Part shown: positions 56,938 through 64,000 of the stretch, in pieces
Layout: every line of letters begins with the position of its first letter
Numbering within the stretch: the first letter of the stretch is position 1
Origin: Octopus vulgaris
Taxonomy: Eukaryota
Length of the DNA: 64,000 bases
Direction of reading: 5' to 3'
NCBI GenBank assembly: GCA_951406725.2
Contig: OX597814.1
Coordinates: 66,154,001 to 66,218,000, forward strand
Translations under genes and position numbers: made by a program
The notes under the pieces: model-generated
The model's database searches: none
Seen by the model: the letters and a program-made list of their open reading frames with translations, nothing else
What the model was told of the DNA's origin: nothing

Positions 56938-58905
56938 GGGTAAAATATGAGAAATCAACGAAAATGCATATTGTAAATAGAAAAAGGCTATTTATGACAG
57001 GTGGTGGCAAATATATACATTTAGATTGACTGAGGTAGTAATACGAGTCATACAGGTCATTATTATGAGATGATTATAAGATGATAATAAAGTAAGAGAA
57101 CAAAATGAACCAATAATTTATGCGAAGGCTATTCATCGTTTGAACAACACCGGTTAATATACGGTGTCAGGTCTAATAGTTCCTGAGAAAAAATATTATT
57201 TGTAAGGGAGGTAAGTAGTTCTGGATTATTTGTAAGGGAGGTAAGTAGTTCTGGAATTAGAGATGTGAGTGATGTAGGTAGTGTATAGGGTTTAGTGGTT
57301 TCAATTGAAGAGTTAGTGGTGTTCTGTATTGCATTGTGGTGTTCTGTGAGCATTGGTAAAAGGGAAATATTTGGAAAATGGGATTAAGATTCCTGGCACA
57401 TCTTTCTATGTGTTCACTCATCTTTAACTGTCTGTATTGTGGGTGACGGATTTGCTCTTTGTGAATGGTGATTCTTTGACGGAGCGAAATTCCTTTTTGT
57501 CCAATATAGAGTTTACCACATCCTATGCATGTCATTACATTTGCTGAGGCACAGGTGAAATTTGATTTGATCTTAAATATTTCTCCTTGTTTGAATTGAA
57601 ATTCTGAACCCTCCAGAAGGTGGGGGCATGTTCCACAGTTAGAACGTCCACATGTTGTCACTTTTGGCTCAGTAGTTAGTGGGTAAAGTCTAGCGCTGGT
57701 TAATATTCTTTCAGTGACTTCGGTTGCTTTTTGCTTTTTATAATTTTATATGAGCTTAAAATTTCGTTTATTGTTTTGTCAGCTGTGAGGATGGGAAAGT
57801 TTTGGGTGATGATGTTGAAGGCTTCGTTGTTTCTGGGGTTATGTGTGGAGATGTACGGGAGTATTTTTAAGTCTTGTTTAGTATTTCGGCTAGTTTTCCT
57901 TAATCTTTGTATATCTATTTCCTTACTTCGTTTGATGCCTTCATTTACTTATGAGATTGGGTAGTGTCTTTTAGTTAGTGTAGATCTAAGTTCAAGGAGT
58001 CTATGTTCACGAGTGTATGTATCGGAAACTATGGTGCAGATTCTTTTTGCTAGGTTAAAGGGTATGTTGATTTTTATGTGTTTGGGGTGGCAAGAGTTAA
58101 ATAATAGGTATTGTTTAGAATCTGTGGGTTTATAAAAGATGTCTGTTTCTATGTGGTTGTTAACTATTTTAATTAAGATGTCTAGAAAAGGTAGTTGCTT
58201 ACTGTTGTGTTCCATAGTGAATTGTATATTGCTGTGTATGTTGTTGAGCATTCTTTTGAAATCAAGGAGTTGATCCATGCTATCTTGCCAAATAATGAAG
58301 CAATCATCTAAATATCTCTTCCAGTTCTCCTTTAAGTAGCAATTGAAAGAGGCGCCATATTTTTCTAGTGCTGATTGGTATAACTTAAGTTCGTGGTAAC
58401 CAATTACGAGGTTTGCAATCACTGGAGCAGCTCTGGTCCCAATTGCAATTCCGCATAACTGTCGATAGTGAGTAGTATCGACCAAGAAAAGTTTGTTCAA
58501 CAGGACGAATTTCAGTGCTTCAATTATAAAATTGTGGTTAATTCATCCTGGGATACCACTAACTCTTCAATTGAAACCACTAAACCCTCTACACTACCTA
58601 CATCACTCACATCTCTAATTCCAGAACTACTTACCTCCCTTACAAATAATATTTTTTTCTCAGGAACTATTAGACCTGACACCGTATATTAACCGGTGTT
58701 GTTTAGACGATGAATAGCCTTGCGTAAATTATTGGTCCGTTTTGTTCTCTTACTTTATTATCATCTTATAATCATCTCATTATAATGACCTTTATGACTC
58801 GTATTACTACCTCAGTCAATCTAAATGTATAAATTTACCACTACCTGTCATAAATAGCCTTTTCCTATTTGCAATATGCATTTTCGTTGATTTCTCATAT
58901 TTTAC

Positions 58906-58907
<2 letters not shown>
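56938..58907 (-). mobile_element. Penelope-like element (Neptune-type), 5'-truncated, with inverted terminal copies of its 3' tail
   Basis: ORF 57949-58500 has GIAIGTRAAP, KENWKRYLDDCF, LPFLDI and TDIFYKPTD. ORF 57257-57661 has CGRSNCGTCPHL...CIGCGKLYIGQ. 56938-57320 is inverted at 58555-58907. The element sits in (TA)n. Confidence 0.93.
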
Positions 58908-58957
<50 letters not shown>

Positions 58958-58989
58958 GTATGTATATGTACATGTATATATGTATATAT

Positions 58990-59105
<116 letters not shown>

Positions 59106-59118
59106 ATTGTTATTTTAA

Positions 59119-60010
59119 TCATAATATACTTTGTGGAAGCAATTTCTTCGATTTATAGAAACTGTGGGTATTTTTATAATTTCTTGCATTGTGGCTATAG
59201 AGTAATACTATTTTATGTTCTATATTGTCATCTTATAATAATTTCGCTTGTCATTCCGTTACTTAAGCTGTCGGTAATGCTTTCACGGGATTAGAGAAAA
59301 AGAGGGAGAAAGAAAAGGGGGGAGAGAGAAAAATCGGGTGAAAGGAAAAGAAGGATAGAGAAAAAGAGGGAGAGAGAAGCGTTCATGACGTATGGTAGAA
59401 GGAATGTAATTGTAATTCTATCACGTGATTCGTTGAAGAGAAATAGAGGAGAAAGAAAAAGATGAGGGAAAGAGAATAAGGCGAAGAGGGAGACAGAAAG
59501 AGGGAGAAGGAAAAGTGGGACAGAAAAGGCGGAGAGATCTAAAGCGAGACAGAGAAGCGTCCATGACGTGAGGTAGGAGGAACGTAATAATAATTACGTG
59601 ATTAAAAAGTTAGTTGAAGGTAGTGATGATATTTTTTTTAAATTTAACTAAGTTTGTTATATCACCTATCACTTATCGCATGCGCATAAGTGCAATTCCG
59701 TGAACTATTTACGCTTATTTACGTGGCAGAGATATGCAATGTAACTAAGGTTGTATCATATGTACGGGATACTTTTTTGTTTGTTTATGGGGGAACTGGA
59801 AAAACAAGAGTGAATATTTATCTAATGAGTGTTGTGTATTAAGTCTATAAAATTGTATATACAGTATATAAAGTATGAGTATCAGATGAGCGACTATCTT
59901 TCCATAGAGACACAATACAGGCTACACTTTCAGGTATTTTGGTTAAAGTTTTTAGAAATAACCCAGTAGGTTTACCATTAATTCCTTGAAATATTCATGG
60001 GTCCCGCTAG
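59119..60010 (+). mobile_element. Possible non-autonomous Helitron
   Basis: A|TCataatatac 5' end; 3' imperfect hairpin ccttgaa-ata-ttcatgg followed by gtcccgCTAG|T; internal diverged direct repeat (59370-59440 and 59550-59615). Confidence 0.45.
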
Positions 60011-60411
60011 TTTATAACAATAAGCAGATGCTAGTGCAATGAGCATATTACGCTAATGTTTCGTTCCTGCAGCTTGTCTTTTATTTCCTAGGCAGCGTTT
60101 ATGTTTTAACACTGTTTACACTGTCGGATTGAATGGTACTGCCCCGTTGACGAAACCATGATGATATCCATTGGGCAGCTGACGATGGGAATAAGTTTAA
60201 TTTGCTTCTTTTTTTTAATTTTATAGGTCTATTTATTATGGGGTCTCATTATTCTGAGTTGTCTTTAGTTTTCATAAAATTGAATATGTTTTTGTGTTCA
60301 TGGTTTATGGTGATTACATACTTTGATATTGCTTGACTGATTTCATTGACAATTTTTTTAAGCTAGGATAAAACTTAATTGACGGTTTCTAATTTTTTGA
60401 TGTTTTGTGGC

Positions 60412-60415
<4 letters not shown>

Positions 60416-60444
<29 letters not shown>

Positions 60445-60610
60445 TGTATGTATGTATGTATGTATGTATGTTGGTATGTATGGATGGATGGATGGATGGA
60501 TGGATGGATGGATGGATGGTTGGCTGGCTGGCTGGCTGGCTGGATGGATGGATGGATGGATGGATGGATGGATGGATGGATGGATGGATGGATGGATGGA
60601 TGGATGGATG
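60416..60610. repeat. (TATG)n-(GGAT)n-(GGCT)n-(GGAT)n compound microsatellite
   Basis: Direct tetranucleotide repeats. Confidence 0.95.
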
Positions 60611-61453
60611 TACATGGCCTACTGTGTTTGCTTCAGTTTTGGTGTGCCTTTAATATAGCCATTAGGACATTCCTTCTTGCATATAAGTTTGTAATTTTTT
60701 TCACTACAATGCCGTGTCTCATAGGAAGGTAGTACCTTTCGTATATTTTGAGAGAGCTGATAAAATTATAGACTATACCTTCATCACTGGTCTAGCACAA
60801 TCGACTTTTTCTATCACAACGGAGAGTTTAGAGACTTCCTCGACTCACTTGTTCATTAGTTTATTCGGAAGTATCTCCTTTACCTTGACAGCATGGATAT
60901 AACCGTCTATGTGAGATCTGATGAATCTATCACAGGTTCAGGATGGGTGACTATTCCTGTCAATGTTGCTAGAACTTTTTATTCATATGTACCCACGCAT
61001 ATCTTTTCTGTGGTATGATGAGCATTTTCTGTCCAAATCCCTGTTCAAGTTTGTCAGTCCGGCACCATTAGTGCGATACAGAACAGCTATACACTCAGAA
61101 TACCTAATCAGGATTTCGTTTCTTGATCTCCTGAAATTATTTTCGCTGCTTTGAATACATGTGATGTACTCATTTTTCTCCTTACTGTTCAATACATATA
61201 TACACACACATATGCATAGTACATAGATACATACATACAATGTCGCAATGAAAACCTCAATGAAATATAAGCACAACATACCTGATATAATGATTTGAGA
61301 TAGAGAAGAGAAAATGTGTAGTTGTGGAAATTAGCTGTCCAGCGGATGTTAACATAAAGCTGAAGATCAGTGAAAATGAGAATACATCTGCTGAACTTTT
61401 GAGAAATCTACAGTTACTCTATCCAGGTTAGAAGTTCAGGCTTATACCTGTTC

Positions 61454-61484
<31 letters not shown>

Positions 61485-61502
61485 CATACATACATACATA
61501 CA

Positions 61503-61530
<28 letters not shown>

Positions 61531-61533
<3 letters not shown>

Positions 61534-62060
61534 CGCAGCCTTGGTTTCTGCCAGGGTCTCTTTCCATTCACAAGTTCCCCATATAGCATCTGCTTAGGGA
61601 TCCTGCTATCTTTCATTCTAATAAGGTGTCCAGTCCAACTTAACCGCTGCTTGTATACCATCGCCTCAATACTCAAGATACCAGCTATCCTTAGGACCTG
61701 TGTATCTGGAGTTTTTAAGGTTCAGCCAAAATTCAGAACGTGTCTGAGACATCTCTGATGAAAGTGTTCAAGGACCTTTTACATGACGTTTGTAAAAGGT
61801 CCATGTCTCATATGAGTAAAGGAGCGATGTCAGTACACATGCACAGTATACAGCAATTTTTGCTTGCCTTGTGCTGCCATGCTGAGACCAGACACGAGAC
61901 TGAAGAGACCGGAAGGAATTAGTTGCTCTCTGCAGCCTGAAAGATATTTCATCACCCAGGGAGCAAGAACGACTGAGTATGCTGCCCAGGTAGACAAACC
62001 TGTCTACCACTTTCAGAAATGTTCCTTCAACCAAGATAGCTGGTTCCACATATGGATTTC
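61531..62060 (-). mobile_element. RTE-clade LINE 3' fragment
   Basis: VVDRFVYLGSILS...EISFRLQRA...LLYSYETWT and [26 protein letters not shown]...KPRLRY; interrupted by (TATG)n. Confidence 0.85.
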
Positions 62061-62114
62061 CTGCTGCTGCACATCTCTCGTGGAGAGATTTAGGAACAAC
62101 AATGTTTAAATAAA

Positions 62115-62179
<65 letters not shown>

Positions 62180-62321
62180 TCTCGCGCACATTACACGCGG
62201 GATATGCATGTGTGCATGTATGAGCAAATGGTTTTCGGCAAATAAACAGTCTCAGCAACAGAGAGAGCCAATAAAGCAAACGTAACAAGAAACCTGTATA
62301 ACATTTTAATTACCGAAATAT

Positions 62322-62388
<67 letters not shown>

Positions 62389-64000
62389 ACTACATGTTGT
62401 TACGTCAGTTTCTGAATTCATTGAGCATGTGAAAGCAAATATTTCCACATCATTTACAAACCATTCCTTCTTTGATGACTTCTAATTTCTTAAATTCAGC
62501 CTTGAACTTCGACATTTATATTTGATTCAACCTTTCTATTTTATATTTATTCACTCACTTCTTTTTTTTATATTTTATCATATTTATATTTATATATTTT
62601 TGCCTGTTCTGCTCTTATCGTAGCAAACTTGTAAATGCTCTTCAGAATTACGAACCAGAAATCATATTGCATACGTTACTCACCCTCCTGCTTATTCCGA
62701 TTCACTTATGGCCAAATGCCTGTCAGTAGCTATCACACAAACAACGATTCACATTTTGAAGAAGCTTGCCTATTATTTTTTCTTCCTAAATTCTTTCTTT
62801 CTCTTAAAATTTCGTCTTTTGCTACTATCCCACAATTACCTCCCCTCCTGTGTCTCATCCTATCATGTCTTATCGGTGATTCAGCTAAAGCAATTAAACA
62901 ATTTTATTAATTACACTCAACATATCTCATCCTCTCAAGGTCTGCATGTGCATATTTGTGTGTCTGTTTGCAGACACATACACACAGGCGCACATAGGCA
63001 CATACACATGTACGTGAGCGCATATGCAGATTCCGACAGGATAGGCTAGTTTCAGTGAAGTAAGATGGATGGGAGTAAAGAACATACTTTTAGATTTTTA
63101 TTTTCATAGGAGCATTAAGATTAGGTCTTCGTAACTATGCGTCATCGATATTGATTTTTGCTTTACTATATCAAGGATTTTATAGAGAAGATAAGGAAAA
63201 GAGCTGGTTTTTTTTTTATTTGACCCGTTTTCCTTTACTCTCACTTCTCTTATCGACACCCAAGGAATATAAAGCAAATTTGACTCCTGTAAATCTTAAG
63301 CATATTAAATTACAATTCGTTAAGAATTTCAACATTACTGCTCTAGGCATTCGATTGTCTAGCGTTCAGACCGCAAAAGTAAAGTGAAGTAAGATGGGTT
63401 TAAACGAAACTAGAAACCATATCCCAAGTACAGTCGTAGCTGTGTAATTATAAGAAGTTCATTTTGCAGCTATAGAGTACCTGGTTCAGTACGAGTGCAT
63501 GCTATCTTAGGCAATAGAATTTGGTACACGAAAACTTTCCAGAAGCTCGTGGTGAGTATATGTGTCTACATCTTTAGGAGACTGAAGGTAGACTTAAGTT
63601 GGTTTCAGAGCTAAGTTTACTGACTGGGATTTTAACAAAATCCATATGTACTGTTTCTTTCTTTTCCTAGGTTTCCACTGTGGTTTTCTATCAGTGATTG
63701 AAATGTCTTTTCTAATCAGAAATTGATTTCCTTTTAACACCCTATATGTTCAGTGAATCCAGACTTAGATGTTTCTCTTGAAATTCCAATTAAAGAACGA
63801 GCAAGAAATTACTGATGCCATTCCAGTGAAGTTCAAGTTAAGTGAACAATCTGCAAATATTGGTGTTAATTCAGAACATTTTGAATATTTTCAGACAAAC
63901 AGTCGAATGAATGTAAAGATACAGTAGTATAGATTAATAAACTAAAACTCTATTTCATATCTAACGATTAGGTTAATAGACTAAAAACATTTTACCTACA

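Noticed and set aside
58555-58907. Expected hammerhead in the tail of the 57-59 kb Penelope element
   Set aside because: Only a hairpin (acaccg...cggtgt) is visible, with no sense-strand GAAA core found by eye.
60690-61200. Possible LTR-retrotransposon pol remnant (VIEKVDC-like) on the minus strand
   Set aside because: A single weak motif among many stops; not supportable without a search.

Overview
This is AT-rich eukaryotic non-coding DNA (intergenic or intronic) with no supportable host protein-coding exon. The repeat repertoire suggests a cephalopod, most likely Octopus; that is inferred from recalled repeat families, not a database result. Most ORFs in the track are translations of (TA)n, (CA)n, (TATG)n, (GATA)n or (TAA)n microsatellites. 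The real content is decayed mobile DNA: two tRNA-derived SINE families in many copies; five mariner (DD34D-type) transposons, including a nested pair; three Penelope-like (RT + GIY-YIG) retroelements plus a fourth endonuclease remnant; a head-to-tail cluster of four R4/Dong-clade LINE pieces in (TAA)n tracts; RTE-type LINE remnants; Helitron derivatives; and a Helentron-type HINE. The most interesting layer lies outside the ORF track. There are at least eight minimal type I hammerhead-ribozyme motifs, some with variant cores (U3-A8 in place of C3-G8, and CCGANGA), most in Penelope tails, palindromes or short inverted-repeat cassettes. There are also two near-spacerless palindromes (about 0.7 and 1.4 kb) and two apparent locally templated insertions. 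All folds and alignments were done by eye, and none is shown to be active or new.
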